From positions 70,122,001-70,186,000 of the forward strand of contig NC_043006.1 in assembly GCF_006345805.1 (NCBI RefSeq): a stretch of 64,000 nt of DNA, in the 5' to 3' direction. Position numbers and translations under genes: made by a program. This stretch comes from Octopus sinensis. Lineage: Eukaryota. Below the pieces are notes generated by a model. The model was not told where the DNA came from. It ran no database searches and saw nothing but the letters and a program-made list of their open reading frames with translations. Shown here one piece after another: positions 40,920-56,453 of this stretch; positions within the stretch are counted from its first letter, which is position 1; each line of letters opens with the position of its first letter.

Positions 40920-42960
40920 ATTGCTAACGCAGAACTTTCGGCGACTGTATTGTCCGACTAGAAGAGGTCAATGAGCGCCTGACGACATTCCTGATGCCAG
41001 GCACCTGGTCAATTCTTGCCCAAGATTGCAATTCCGTCAAAGAGATGAGCTCCATAAAAGCGTGTCTTACAAGCGGAGGCCACACCGACTCTGTAAATGG
41101 TGTAACTGCAGCGCGTATCTGCGCATCAGCTGCCATATCATACCAAGCTCGCCATCTAGAGGGCGCTGGTAACAGATGGACCGCCTGTCCAGTGGAACGC
41201 GTCCTTTCCCGTCCACAGGAAGCGGAAAGTATACGCTCCATTCTGGCCAAACGTGAACTGGAGAAAGACACAACGGTCAGGCGGTAAGTTATCAAGGAGA
41301 CGATGTGAGCATTCACCACTTCTGCACGACAATTGTGGGATAATTCTCGGACCATTTCTGAGAGAGACTGGCCACCCTGCTTGTAACTTCATTCAAGTTC
41401 TTGACTACCTGGAGATCCAGGCCAAACAAGACACCGAGCAATTTCCGACCAAACCATCCACGCCAAGGCCAAACTCTTCGCTAACAACTAGGCCGACATT
41501 TTAAACTCTTCATTTAACAGAGTTATGGACCGGAAATTTTTAATATCCCCTGTATCGCTGTCCTTTCTCAACTAAGTTAACACACCTCGGCTCACAGACC
41601 TGTGAATTTGCCAATTTTGCTGCCAACAAGTCCCAAACAGCTCTGGCATATAACTATAAAACTCATGGGGCAGACCATGCAAACTGGACAATTTGTCCCT
41701 TGCACAACCACTCCATACTTCTCGTGTCTCAGTTGCTGCTAATAGCCTTCACAGTGCTCTAACATCTTCTTCCGAGAGTTGCAGCTAACCTCGATGAAGG
41801 TACTAGAGTCTACAATATTCTGTGGCCTGTCGCTTTGTCTGAAGAGTTGGGCAAAAAGCTGCTAGTACTAGAAGGCTGCACACATTTGTTTAAAACCGCG
41901 CAGTACGTGGCCATTCTGATATGTCAAAAACTGAACTGTAGCTTTGTTGTCACGTCACGCCTTCATCACCCTGGTGCTTCGAATGGTTTCCTCTCTTTCA
42001 TGTTTTAGCGTACGAGCTCTAGACCTGACAATGCAGCCTTCGTGTTCCGCATTAAAGAAATAGTCGCGAGCCATTCTTTTCATTTCTAATTGCCTTTTCT
42101 AGTTTACTAACTAGATCATCTTCTAATCTATTTATCTCTCATTTGCTCTTTACTAAATGTTATTGACTCATGTTTAATGACCCTTTCCAATGTTCTTTAC
42201 TACGTCTTCTTGATTACTGCTCGCCAATCCGGTCTCGGTAGTCTTTTCGCGTCGGGAAAGAGGCATTCAACCTCCAGTAGCGGGATCCCTGTCTATGAGT
42301 TCTATCTGAGGCAACTGTGAAGATCACAAATTAGTGATCTGTGTAGCCAACCAGTTTGAATTGTGGACACCCTGGCATATCTTAGTCAATTAACCTAACG
42401 AATACTCTATATACATTTTGGAAGACCCATCGTGGTTGCCCCAGGTTCACATCGGCACATTCGAGAAATCCCGTCGGTACCTATTAGATAGTTGGAAACG
42501 TCTGAGCATGTTTTCGAGATTTTTGCGTCACCTTCTATGAGTTATCTCTAAACAGCCCTGTAACGCCATTCAAAATACCATTCAAACTCCCCACTGCCCC
42601 TAAAGAGCAGGCTGTTGATAGGAAGGTTTCTAAACGTCTAAAAAAATCTAGCCGTCCAGCCGTGGTGGGTGCATTGACGGCCGTTAGTCTGAAGGCACTG
42701 CCTCGTCATATCTAGTACCATCATCTTTCCTGCAGGACTCAGGAATATTGTCTGAACCTCTAAATCTAATTCTTTCCAGAAAAGCACAGGTACTCCACCA
42801 TCCGATCTTATCAGACCACAAGATGAGTACATCTTGTAGTCGTCAAACACATGGAGCTGAGTGCATGCGTCCCGGAAATTCTGGTTTCAGTAATGGCCAC
42901 CACATCTAAGTCAGGTGATCTGAGGTCGTTATGTCCCCACATTACATACATTAATACATC
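40920..42960 (-). mobile_element. Degenerate L1/Tx1-like ORF2 (APE endonuclease to RT C-terminus)
   Basis: Minus strand reads LDVVAITETR and GGVPVLFWKELDL (APE) near 42640-42930. FRFLWTGK and RRSICYQRPLDGELGM occur near 41100-41250. Confidence 0.75.
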
Positions 42961-43163
42961 CTTCTCTAAGTGCCATCATAATTACTGGAAAAAATCAGGG
43001 GAGAGGTTATTCACCGACGTCACTTCGAATCACTTCGAGTGACGAATAGTCTGTGTTCTTTTAAGCCCTTGTAATAAAACTTTATCTACTGAGTTTCTGA
43101 AAATCCCCTCACTCTCTGTGAAGTTGTTCAAGAGAGTATGGTTAATTTGACTTGACGTTTTTA

Positions 43164-43575
43164 TTAACACTCTCTCTTTAGGCATTTTGGGGATAATTTT
43201 TCAAATTCTTTCCTCCAGCTCGCCAAAAGAAGTTTGTCCATATGCTTGCATTTGCTGAAAATTTCAGATCTAGAATTAAGTAGCGCGATCGAATTCTTAG
43301 ACCTAAAAAGAATGTGCGATCTTTCAGCTATGCATATATTGCATTTGGTCTTCAAACCCCATTCGTGGATAGCCAACTTAGTGGCGTATTTCCGGCACAT
43401 CGATAAAGTAGAATTGATCTCGAACTAGCAGGGCTCCTCGGTAGTACTGTTAGGTCGGGGATTCTTGAAGTTACCCAGGGTAGTACCGAACTTGAAAGCT
43501 CTCTGAAAAAGACCAGGTAGTTCATCCTCATCGACGACTTGAGTTCCTCCGAAAATGTCATTGCTCTTAACCGTT
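43164..43575 (-). mobile_element. Penelope-like ORF C-terminal fragment, copy 2 of a ~360-bp direct repeat
   Basis: KCNICIAERSHIL..LLNSRSEIFSKCKHMDKLLL resembles the C.LC..E..I..LN.R.E...C.H..K motif after the GIY-YIG domain of some Penelope-like elements (recalled, not searched). Confidence 0.6.
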
Positions 43576-43937
43576 TTAAGACGCTTTTTCTGAGTCGTCC
43601 ACTAACTCCTTGTTTTCATTTACCACGGTGAAGTTGACTATATTTTCGTCTTGAATGTTTCGTTGTGTTTGTTGTTTCTTTTGATGGTTTTCTTGTTGTT
43701 GTTGTTCTTGTATTTTCTTGTTGTTGTAGCAGATACACTAAGAAGTTTGGTTATTGTAATAATGGTTTCGTGCTTTATTGTTTTTGTTGTTCTTGGTGTT
43801 GTTTCAGTGCATGTGCTGATGTGCGACAATTTGGGGTATTTGGTGGTGTTTCGCCTAAGTTCGTGATTATTGTGATGGAGTTATAGTCTTCTGGCTTTTA
43901 GTTTTAGGCCTCGGGTGTACCGTAGTAGTATTTAGAT

Positions 43938-44517
43938 CATAGGTTCTCAAAGTGGACGCTACCGCCCCGATGGGCGTTGAGATGGTCCAGGTGGGCGCTG
44001 GTGCCCAAGGAGGCAGTAAGGGTGGAAACGGTAGAGAAAAGGCGGCGTTGGGAGGAAAGCAGTTGATTGGGGACGCGATGAATTTATTATAATATTATTA
44101 TAGTATTGTATACAAATTATATGATAGTATCTTAAATATCAAATGATTCTCAAGGCGGCGAGCCGGCAGAAACGTTAGCACGCTGGGCGAAATGCTTAGC
44201 GGTATTTCATCTGCCGTTACGTTGTGAGTTCAAATTCTGCCGAGGTTGACATTGTTTTTCATCCTTTCGGGATCGATAAATTAAGTACCAGTTGCGCACT
44301 GGGGTCGATGTAATCGACTTAATCCCTTTGTCTGTCCTTGTTTGTCCCCTCTATGTTTAGCCTCTTGTGGGCAATAAAAAAATTATCAAATGATTCATAG
44401 TATATATAAATTAGTAGAATATAAAATATGTATTTATACATAAAAATAGGGGTGGGGCGCTGAGGGTATTATGTGGCCATGAAGCAGGCGGTGGCCCAAA
44501 ACGTTTGAGAACCTCTG
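43938..44517. mobile_element. hAT MITE with a nested SINE
   Basis: TIRs CATAGGTTCTCAAA and TTTGAGAACCTCTG. 8-bp TSD ATTTAGAT/ATTTAGTT. Confidence 0.8.
44150..44383 (+). mobile_element. SINE type B (representative)
   Basis: AAGGCGGCGAGC head, GAGTTCAAATTC B box, TTTCATCCTTTCGGGGTCGATAAA core, 13-bp TSD TATCAAATGATTC. Other copies at ~5600-5750, 20590-20780, 21198-21415, 22179-22350, 26434-26617(-), 29025-29153, 54615-54810, 55025-55222(-) and 63535-63748(-). Confidence 0.85.
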
Positions 44518-44767
44518 ATTTAGTTCCATCCATTTTAGTTGAGTTTAAAGTCAACTTGAAACATAAAGTGAAGGGCGTGACCAGAAATACATTACTTTGT
44601 TGAGCCCGAGTGTTTAAATTTATATAAAATTTCCATTCAAATCTCAGCAGTTAATTGATCAAACCCCAGGCAAAACATCACAGTTCATTCTCAGACATAA
44701 CCAACCTAATTCCTTCGTGAAACTTCAAAACCTAAAACTAAAAATAAATAAATAAAGCGATACTTAC

Positions 44768-44856
44768 TTCATAAACAGTTGTCCTGTACGAGTCACCTTA
44801 GAAGCATATACATCCTGGGTGGGGATCCTTTCTCACACGGAATTTGAAACCGCTCG
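44768..44856 (-). other. Candidate 89-bp non-coding exon
   Basis: Minus strand: TTTATAAATTTCATCAG| ... TTTATGAA|GTAAGTA in unique sequence; stops in all three frames. Confidence 0.35.
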
Positions 44857-45649
44857 CTGATGAAATTTATAAAAGATCATATGAAAAGGAAAACGGTTTA
44901 AGCTGTAACTTAATATAAATACTATATCTACGAATTTGTAAAAATTAAAGATTCATTATATTTTTCTCAGCAAAGATGCCCCGCCCTCGCGCGCACTTGC
45001 AATTTGCCCCTGGTACTAAAATACTTGCTGTTTGCTAGATATAGCAGCTATTTTAAAATTTGGCCAGACGTTAGTATTTCAAAAGAAACAAAGAACACTT
45101 AGTCAGTTCTAAGTCTAAATATCTTGTCTGACAAAAAAAAGACGCGATGGCCACTGTTGGCTTGAGTTTGCTCAGTAACATGCTTCGACAAAGTTGATTT
45201 GAAACAACAATCGTTGCTCACTACAACCCAGTGAGAAAGCCTCAGTGTAGTCGCACAATCTGTTAGAAATAGCTGCTAAATCTCTCTCAAATCACATTCT
45301 AATATCTTAAATAAAGGTACTTCACATAGGATAATGTACTCCAAGATGCACAAAGTGGGTTAATATGCGTGGCCTAGAGGTTAGGGCGTATGGCGAGGTT
45401 TTTGTGGAAAACGTCTCCAGTAGATTTAAGATTTACATAAAATCCACATTCAAAGTATGAGGAAAATGGGAAGTCAACTGGGAAAGTAATGCTTGTCATC
45501 GCCATCGATGGAGGAAACATGTAGCGGAAAGAGTGGGTATTTCCAAAAATACACGAAATTTTCATGCATGATTTAAATGAGCCGCTCAAAAACGTATCGC
45601 CAGTGTAGTGAATGAGGAAAGCTTGATCTGCCATATTAATGGACGTACT

Positions 45650-45868
45650 CTCTTTACTCTCTTTTACTTGTTTCAGTCATTTGACTGCGGCCATGCTGGA
45701 GCACCGCCTTTAGTCGAGCAAATCTACCCCCGGACTCATTCTTTGGAAGCCTAGTACTTATTCTATCAGTCTCTCTTGCTGAACCGCTAAGTTACGGAGA
45801 CGTAAACACACCAGCATCCATTGTCAAGCGATGTTAGGGGACAAACACAGACATACAAACATACACAC

Positions 45869-45911
<43 letters not shown>

Positions 45912-46073
45912 ACGGGCTTCTTTCAGTTTCCGTCTACCAAATCCACTCACAAAGCTTTGGTCAGCCCGAGGCTATAGTAGATGATACTTGCCCAAGGTGC
46001 CACGCACTGAGGCTGTACCCGGAACCATGTGATTGGTAAGCAAGCTTCTTATCACACAGCCATTCCTGCGCCT
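45650..46073 (-). mobile_element. SINE type C (tRNA head, CORE-like centre, internal microsatellite; representative)
   Basis: GGCGCAGGAATGGCTGTG head, CACCTTGGGCAAGT core, CAGCATGGCCGCAGTCAAATGACTGAAACAAG tail. Other copies at ~23350-23550, 26757-27120, 28100-28967(-), 32705-33045, 46375-46802(-), 53025-53818(-) and 55921-56292. Confidence 0.85.
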
Positions 46074-46081
46074 ATAATACA

Positions 46082-46281
46082 TTTTTTTTATTAAAGCTGC
46101 CAGGACATCACAAAAAACTGCTACTCAGAGTTTCACATTCCTGTTTGTTGGGCAGTTGTGATCAAGAAACTAATAGTTGTTTCATGATGACATCTGCCCG
46201 ACGAACTGGAACGTGAAACTCGGAGTAGCAGTTATTTCTTTTGTGTGTGTGTGTGATGTTCCTGCAAATTTAATAAAAAAA
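46082..46281. repeat. Imperfect palindromic MITE-like element
   Basis: AACTGCTACTCAGAGTTTCACATTCC pairs with GGAACGTGAAACTCGGAGTAGCAGTT. Confidence 0.75.
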
Positions 46282-46610
46282 GAACATATTACTTTACCTC
46301 CGGTATTCGAGTACTATTTTTTCCACTTTGTTTTCCATTTATGTACTTACTCATATATATATATATATATATTATTTTACTTGTTTCAGTCATTTGACTG
46401 CAGTCATGCGGAGCATCGCTTTTAGTTGAACAAATCGACCGCAGGACTCATTTTTTGTAAGTATAGAACTTATTCTGTCTCTTTCACCTAACCGCCACGT
46501 CATGGGGACGTAAACACACCAACATCGGTCGTCAAGCGATGGGGGGGGGGCAAACATAGACAGACAAATACATACATACACACACACTCACACACACACA
46601 CACACACACG

Positions 46611-46652
<42 letters not shown>

Positions 46653-47553
46653 CGACGGGCTTCTTTCAGTTTCCGTCAACCAAATCCACTCAGAAGTTTT
46701 TTTGGTCGGCCCAAGGTTATAGTAGAAGATACCCAAGATGCCACGCAGTGGGACTGAACTCGGAACCATGTGGTTGGGAAGCAAGCTTCTTACCACACAG
46801 CCAACGTACAAGCAGTACGAGCTACTATAAGTTCCATACCTCTAATAATGCAATAGCGTATCATGTAATATTGAGCAGTCATTCAGGCTCAAAGGTTGTG
46901 TTCTGAGCCTCAATGATTGCTCAATAAACACGGCACTCAATCGTATTACCAGAGGCATGAAACATATGGTAGTTCACACTTAAATCCTTTGTACATTAAA
47001 CTATATTTATCTCTAACTGGATGGAGCGATAAGAACATTTATTTTTATTTATATTTTTACATATATTTTGTACTTATTTGTGATACCCATTCGCCCTTGC
47101 ATTATTAATTTTTAATTTTAATTTACAGTTCTATCGCTTACAAAATTTTCCTCCCACACTTAATTACAAAAGCGGATATTTTTTTTATTCGCTGTATTTT
47201 TTATGCTTGTTTCCACAAGTATAAACGTTTTATATTATCCAATTTGTAATTAAGTTTCGATTCGCTTTGAATATTTATGCTTTTTTTTATTTTGTCACAG
47301 TATTTATTTTTCATCAAAAAGATACCCGTTATTTTGAGTAAGGACAAAGTCCAGTCAGCTATACTTTTTATATCATTTACCATTCATCTTACAAACTCTG
47401 ATAAACCATCGTATTGATCTAAATGTACACGGTTGTCTGATGTCCGATTGCATTAAACTCTGGGGGCAGTTTTTGTAGTCTTTTCGGCTTCAGCACACTA
47501 TGTGAGTACCCGCGAGCGCACGTGTATGTATGTATTTGTGTGTATGTGTGTGT

Positions 47554-47589
<36 letters not shown>

Positions 47590-47708
47590 GTGTGTATGCT
47601 TCACTTGTATAGAGCTGTATACGTTGAACCAAATATGCACAAATTTGTATAAAACTAACAAACACACAACACACACACACATATATATATATATATATTA
47701 TATATATA

Positions 47709-47775
<67 letters not shown>

Positions 47776-48077
47776 ATATATATAATATGTATATATGTAT
47801 GAATATAAATATATATATACATACATATATATACATGCACACAATATATGTATACATACCTATACGTAAACGCAGGCAAACGTACACATATATATATAGA
47901 GATGTATACATATGTGTGTGTATGTCTGTGTGTGTATGCTTGCTTAGATATTGACATGCACACAACCATGTATATGTCCATACATATACGTATACATATA
48001 TATATATATACACATATATATATAATATACACATACATATATATACGCATACATATATATATATGTATGTATGTATG

Positions 48078-48111
<34 letters not shown>

Positions 48112-48219
48112 CATATATATGTGTGTGTGTATATATACATATGTGTGTGCGTGTATATATATATGGGTGTGCGTATATATATATATATATACGTACACAA
48201 ATTTAATTGTTCTCAGCAA

Positions 48220-48590
48220 AGGTTGAGTTAAGCATTTAATAACTGGTTAATTAGAATAGATTAATATTATTTTTAGGGAGGATAACCGACATTCACACTA
48301 ACAAATTAATTACGTCACTTCACTACACCCACACATCCGCATAGGCACGCAAAAACATATACTACAAGTAAAACATACTATACATAGACACGCTCTCTCC
48401 CTCTCTTTCTCACACACATATACACACATACATACGCACGCTCACGCACACACACACACACACACACACCATGAATACAGTAACGCTCATCTCTCCAATT
48501 CACACAGAAATACTCAACCACTTATACATTTCACTCCATTCATATACACACGAATCAAACACCCACGCGCGCACACACGTGCATGTATGT
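48220..48590. repeat. Unclassified dispersed repeat, second copy at ~57280-57620
   Basis: Both copies share TAACCGACATT..CTAACAAATTAATTACGTCACT..CTCATCTCTCCAATTCACACAGAAA..CAAACACCCACGCGCGCACAC. Confidence 0.75.
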
Positions 48591-48814
48591 ATGCTTATTT
48601 ATGCATGTGTGTGTGTACATGTTTGTATATATATATATGGGGGAGAGACAAAAAGAGAGAGTGTTCAATAGACGCATAGAATTGAATAATCATAAATACA
48701 TACACATAAACCAAGATATATGTGTGTATGTCTGTGATATATGATTGATATATGCATATAGATAGAAAGAGAGATAGACAGATAGACAGAGAGACAGTTA
48801 GATAGATAGATAGA

Positions 48815-48881
48815 TCTTATTAGCCACACAGGGCTGCACACAGATAGAACAAAGTACAAGGTAGAGCTTTTCTTTTGAAGG

Positions 48882-48920
<39 letters not shown>

Positions 48921-49942
48921 AGGGGGAGGTTCGATCAAAAGGGATCGTAAAAGGAGAGAAAGAGGACAAAAATAAGGGGGGTTAAAAAAAAAAAAAAAAA
49001 AAGGGGGGGGAGGAAAAAAAAAATGATCAATAGGGATCGTTATCACAGAAATGTCAATATGAAGTGTAAAGGGGAGGACAGGTGAGGTTTACCCGTGGAA
49101 AGAAAAGCCTGCGGAAAAGACCACGGTAACCTCGGTCAATGAAGTCACATTTTATATTTCTTTTTTTTTTTTTTTGCAAATAAGCAACTCTCTGTTTTCG
49201 ATTTCTGGGTTCATAGGACTATGCTCAAGGTGGCTTCGTCATTCATACGTGCCATTCTTGCTACATTCACCCATCTTTTTTAAAACATTCGCTAGACAAA
49301 ACTTGCCTCTCTACTCTCACTTTCCTTTTCAAGTGGTACTTGAAGAAGTTGATGAGAGATTGACCAGAGAGGAAGTGTTTGTCTCCAATCCTTTCAGACG
49401 CGTCCACCAGATACATTCTTTCGCCATAGCCACAAGGATGATGAAAATAGCTCTTCCTTCCCGTTTGAAGGAAGGAGGCGTGACAATATTGACGATAGAC
49501 TCAGCTGATAAACCGACTCGTCCCACACGTGACAGCAGTTGTTCGACATAAGCCCACAGGTCGGAAATTGTTGGACACTGAACGAGTGCGTGCAGAACGG
49601 TTTCGTCGCTCTGACCGCATCTCGGGCAGGTCGGCCCCGTGTTTCTCGAGCCGTGTCTGTAGAGCTTATCCCGAACGGGTAGCGCTTCTCGGTAGCACTG
49701 CCAGGCCAGGGATCTCTGGAAGTTGTCCATGGGCCCTGGCCCGAAAGTCGTCCCGAACAGGCGGGTCAGGTACTCCTCGTCGACGTCCAGGTTCGCCCCG
49801 AGCTCGTCGTCGTACCTCCCCTCCACTAAACCCCTATAGAATGCTTTGGTTGTGTTGAAGTCACTTAAGGTCGACCCAGGACGGCAGAGTTGCTTGAGAG
49901 CAACGCGACACTCGCGGTGCCATTCGCCCCGCGAGTGTCGCG
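48815..49942 (-). mobile_element. L1/Tx1-like LINE 3' end (zf-RVT region + 3' UTR) in (GATA)n
   Basis: ORF 49329-50171 contains AWQCYREALPVRDKL..CPRCGQSDETVLHALVQC. The 3' UTR ends in AATAAG followed by (TATC)n. Confidence 0.88.
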
Positions 49943-50009
<67 letters not shown>

Positions 50010-50018
50010 CAGATAGAC

Positions 50019-51342
<1,324 letters not shown>

Positions 51343-51343
51343 G

Positions 51344-51454
<111 letters not shown>

Positions 51455-51473
51455 GATAGATAGATAGATATAT

Positions 51474-51507
<34 letters not shown>

Positions 51508-51511
51508 GGAC

Positions 51512-51591
<80 letters not shown>

Positions 51592-51756
51592 GGATGGACA
51601 AATCTATAAAGTGTACGGTTGCAGTACAATCTTTGCTACAAATGCTTCGGTATTAAACCATGTTATTGATTATACGCAACCCTAATCAACTGATATACAT
51701 ACATATACACACATACGCACACACAAACATACACACATACATACACACACACATAC

Positions 51757-51823
<67 letters not shown>

Positions 51824-51824
<1 letters not shown>

Positions 51825-52080
51825 AGTGGTTACAATAACTTTATAGTCAGTGCAATAAAACGTACATTAATTTAATTTGTAAATAGATTCATGAAAAAAT
51901 GGCCGAAGTAATGAAAGTTTATCTCCGTAATTTGTAGACCCTTCTTTAATTAACTTCACAGCTTTCATTCGATTAGCTATTGCTTTAATTAGATTATGAA
52001 TGACAAAGTGATCCATGTGTCTCCACTCTTCAGTTAACGCTTCCTTCAGCTCTGCAATAGATGTACCGTACACGGCATGC
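51824..52080 (-). mobile_element. Tc1-like transposase C-terminal fragment
   Basis: SIAELKEALTEEWRHMD..LIKAIANRMKAVKLIKEGSTNY. Confidence 0.65.
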
Positions 52081-52376
52081 ATGAAAGACGTACGGGCGTA
52101 TTAGACGCATCCCAATTTCAGCAGCGCATATTCAGGAAAAGAAGCTTTTTAGCGCGTTAAAAACTATGGAAGGCCCAACGGCGCATATACGACCCGAGGT
52201 AATTTTCTGAGACATCGTTTTGGGGAAAACGTGCTTCTTATATACCATCAACTACGGTCATTATCGGCGTGTGTGTCTTTCTGTTATCAAGTTTGCTTCT
52301 TAACAACAGGTTTTCTGGTTCAGTCCCACTACGTGGCATTTTGAACAAGTCCTTATGTGTATTCTTTTATTCTTTT

Positions 52377-53012
52377 AAGGCGGCGAGCTGGCAGAAAGGG
52401 CGGCGACGTGGCAGAAACGTTAGCACGCAGAGCCAAATGCTTAGCGGTATTCCGTCTGCCGTTACGTTCTGAGTTCAAATTCCACCGAGGTCGACTTTGC
52501 CTTTCATCCTTTCGGGGTCAATTAAATAAGTACCAGTTACGCACTGGGGTTCGATATAATCGACTTAATACCTATGTCTGTCCTTGTTTGTCTCTTCTGT
52601 GTTTAGCCCCTTGTGGGTAATAAAGAAATAGGTATTCCGTCTGTCGTTACGTTCTGAGTTCAAATTCCACCGAGGTCGACTTTGCCTTTCATCCTTTCGG
52701 GGTCGATAAATTAAGTATCAGTAACGCACTGGGGTCGATGTAATCGACTAAATCCCTTTGTCTGTCCTTGTTTGTCCCCTCTGTGTTTATCCGCTTGTGG
52801 GTAATAAAGAAATAAGAAACGTTAGCACACCGGGCGAAATGCTGAGCGATATTTCGTCTGCCACTACATTCTGAGTTAAAATTCCACCGAGATCGACTTT
52901 GCCTTTCATCCATTTGGGGTCGGGAATTAAGTAGCAGTTACCTATTGGGGTCGATGTAATTGACTGGCCCCTACCCAAAAATTTCGGGCCTTGTGCCTAG
53001 AGTAGAAAAGAA
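52377..53012 (+). mobile_element. Trimeric SINE type B
   Basis: Three repeats of the GTTCTGAGTTCAAATTCC..GGGGTCGATGTAAT module. Confidence 0.8.
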
Positions 53013-54024
53013 TATTTTATTATTTTACTTGTTTCTGTCATTAAACTGCGGCCATGCTGGGGCACCGTACCGACTTGAAGAATTATAGTCGAACGAATCG
53101 ACCCCAGTACATGTTTTTTTTTAAAAGCCTGGTTCCTATTGCCTCAATTTCTTTTGCCGAACCACTAAGTAACGAGGACGAAAACATACCAGCATTTGTT
53201 ACCAAGCGGTAGTGAAGAACAAACACAAACACAGACACACACGAACACTGACACAAAGACACACACACACACTCTCTTTCTCTCTCTCACACACACACTC
53301 TCTCACACACATACACACACACTCTATCTCTCACACACACACGCACAAGTATCATGGACTCTCCCGTCGTTCGACGACGTATGGAGGTTCTCAAATTTCT
53401 TACTGATCAACCACACAAACAATTGCTTTATAATTATCAAATGTTTGTATTCACATAAACTCACTCCTTCCATCAAATCGCCATTACCTGTACAGGTGCA
53501 CGATGTGCCACGTGTCACATGACGAGATGATCGCAGAGCAACTTGAAATAAAATGTTTTGGTCAAGAACACAACGCAGCGCCCAATCAAGGAATCGAAAC
53601 CACAATCTTGCAATCGGCAGTACAACACTCTAAATCATGTGCCTCCACACAGACACACAGACACACACATACACACACACACACACAGAGAAACACACAC
53701 GCAGACACACACAACACATACATATACAAATATACATGTGTATACTACGGGTTTCTTTCAGTTTCCGTCTACCAAATCCACTCACAAGGCTTTGGTCGGC
53801 ACGAAGCTATAGTAGAAGTTCACCATTACCTTCTGCTGGAGCTGCGTGGAGCTTAGGTGTTTCGCTCATCAACACACACATCGCTCGGTCTGAGATTCGA
53901 ACCCACGATCCCTCGACCGCGCGTCCACTGCTCTAACCACTAGGCCATGTGCCACCACTTTCATCATATTGGATTCTAAAATTCACTGGTTTCCTTCAAA
54001 CAACTCTTCTTTCATACTCTAGAC

Positions 54025-54463
54025 CAGTGTCTCTCAACTATTTTTTTACCTACGGACCCTTCTGGTTCTTATGTTACTCAAATGGACCCTCATAGTCATT
54101 CGAACTTTTTAAAAAGCCCCTTTTGTGGTTTTATAATTAAATATTATTAGGAGACTGTTTAAAATTGGAATATTTTGTGAATTGTAAAAATATAACCAAT
54201 TTCGTTTTTGGATATGGTTTGCAAGATTCTTTATGTGAGTTAAAACTATTGAAAATGTTGCAAGACGCAACGAAAATTTTAGAAACATTGAAAAAGAAAT
54301 AGGTGGAAATTTTACCGTTGAGTGTGTTAAATTATAAGGCACTAAAAGAGAATGACTTTCCCCAGACACACCAGAATATAACCAATTTATTGTACGTAAA
54401 TTTTAGCAGCATGATCTTATGTGAACCCCCACAGGTCATGTGGAGCTTGGTTGAAAACCACTA
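54025..54463. mobile_element. hAT (Charlie-like) MITE
   Basis: Termini CAGTGTCTCTCAAC and GTTGAAAACCACTA. Perfect 8-bp target-site duplication (TSD) CTCTAGAC at 54017-54024 and 54464-54471. Confidence 0.85.
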
Positions 54464-56453
54464 CTCTAGACCTTTCAAAACTATTCTTATGCAATATGGA
54501 GACAGATCTAGAAAATTTGCAATCTGTCTTACAATGACAAAGCGATCTTTAATAACAACCGCCTAAACTGTCCTCAGCTTGCTAAATAGAAGGTTTATTA
54601 TTTAATTTGGAGTGAAGGTGATAAGCTGGCAGAATCGTTGGCACGCCGGGAAAAATGCAGCGTGGCATTTCGTCCGCCTTTACATTCTGAGTTCAAATAC
54701 CGCCAGGGTCAACTTTGCCTGTCTTTCTTTTGGGGGTCGATAAAATAAACGCCAGTTGAGTACTGGGGTCGATGCTATCAACTGAAACCTCCTTTGAACC
54801 AAAATTTGAAATTCAGTTCGGAATTGGTTCATCTTTGCTATCAGTCATAGGTTTAATAGGTCGAGGGATTCACTCGTATGGGCTCTGAACAGTTGTTAAG
54901 GGAATGTTGAACCATTCACCAAGTAAAACCTGCTTTAGCTCTTTCAGTGACGATGGCAGAGACAAGCAGATCCTCACTTGCTGCTCCAAAATACATCATA
55001 AATGTTTGATTATATTCTTTTATTTTAGCACAAGGCCAGCAAATTTGAAGGGTGAGGAAGTCGATTATATCAACCCCAGTGATCGCTTGGTACATATTTT
55101 ATCGATCCCAAAAGGAATAAAGCCAAAGTCGGCTTCGATGGAATTTGAACTCAGAACGTAAAGACGTACAAAATGCCGCTCGGCATTTTAACTGGTATGC
55201 TAATGATTCTGTCAGCTCGCTCCCTTTACTGTTCCATTTTGTTGAGATTTGTTGTTTGCGAGCCCAATTCAAGTAACCTACTTTGCTTATGAGATCTTCG
55301 TACTATTTATAATAACATTAATTGTGTTAATTGGCATGTTATTGTCTTGGAGGATTGCACTACAGTCACGAAAGAATGTTTGCAGTGTAGGATGGACATG
55401 ATCAGCCAAATTAGTCAGAGAGTTCCCGGTGTTAACTCGACCATCTAGTACAACAAAACAGAATTTCGAGATATGCCTGCTCAAATCATTACAAAGCCCT
55501 TTCCATTCCTCACGGTAGGGGCCAAACAGCCAGAGCTGGACGCTTCATTGGTCCCTCTCTCTATATATATATCTCTATCTCTCTCTCCCTCCCTCTCTCT
55601 CTCCCTCCCTCCCTCCCCCCTCTCTCTCTCGCTCTCTCCTGTAGGAAATTCACCCTGAAGTGGGGAAAATGGTAAATGATGATTCATCAAAGGTGATATT
55701 ATTCCATTGAGTCAGTGACCACTTTTGATAGTCTAGACACCATTTTGTCTGCTTTAGTGAGAGAGGGGCAGGATAGGTTTAGCATCTGGGCCCTTCCCAT
55801 AGTGTCCAGCCTTATACAACTCAGGACGAGCGGATTTGGTTCATACACAGTTTGCAAGGTGGTACTTTAAATCTGCTGCTACTTTTGCTGCCATAAATCA
55901 ATGGGTTTTAAACACAATATAGGCGCAGGCATGCCTATGTGGTAAGAATTTTGCTTCCCGACCATATGGCTCCGGGTTCAGTTCCACTAGAACCGACCAA
56001 AACCTTGCGAGTGGATTTGGTTGATGGAAACTGAAAGAGGGCCGACATACGCATGTGTATGTGTATGCGTGTGTCTTTGTGTATGTGTTTGTCCCCCACA
56101 ACATTTTGGCAACCGATTGTTGGTGTGTTCACGTCTCCGTAACTTAGCAGTTCGGCAAAAAGCGATCGACAGAATAAGTAGCCGGCTTAAAATAAAATAA
56201 ATACTGGGGTCAGTTCGTTCAACTAAAATTCTTCAAGGCGGTGGTCCAGCATGGCCACATTCTATTAACTGAAACCAGTAAAAGATAAAAGATAATGGAT
56301 AACAGAATAATGACCGCCAGAGCTGGGTTTTTACCTTGATTTTGGAATGGTTACATGGTTTGAAGGACTGTACTATTCGACAGATTAATCAATCCAGCTG
56401 TTTTAGTGACTGAGGCTCCAACCATTTATACTCCGACATAGAACAATTTCTCG

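Noticed and set aside
43085-43140. Hammerhead downstream of the Penelope-like fragment (minus strand)
   Set aside because: GAAACTC is present but the CUGANGA core is not intact (CTTGAACAA).
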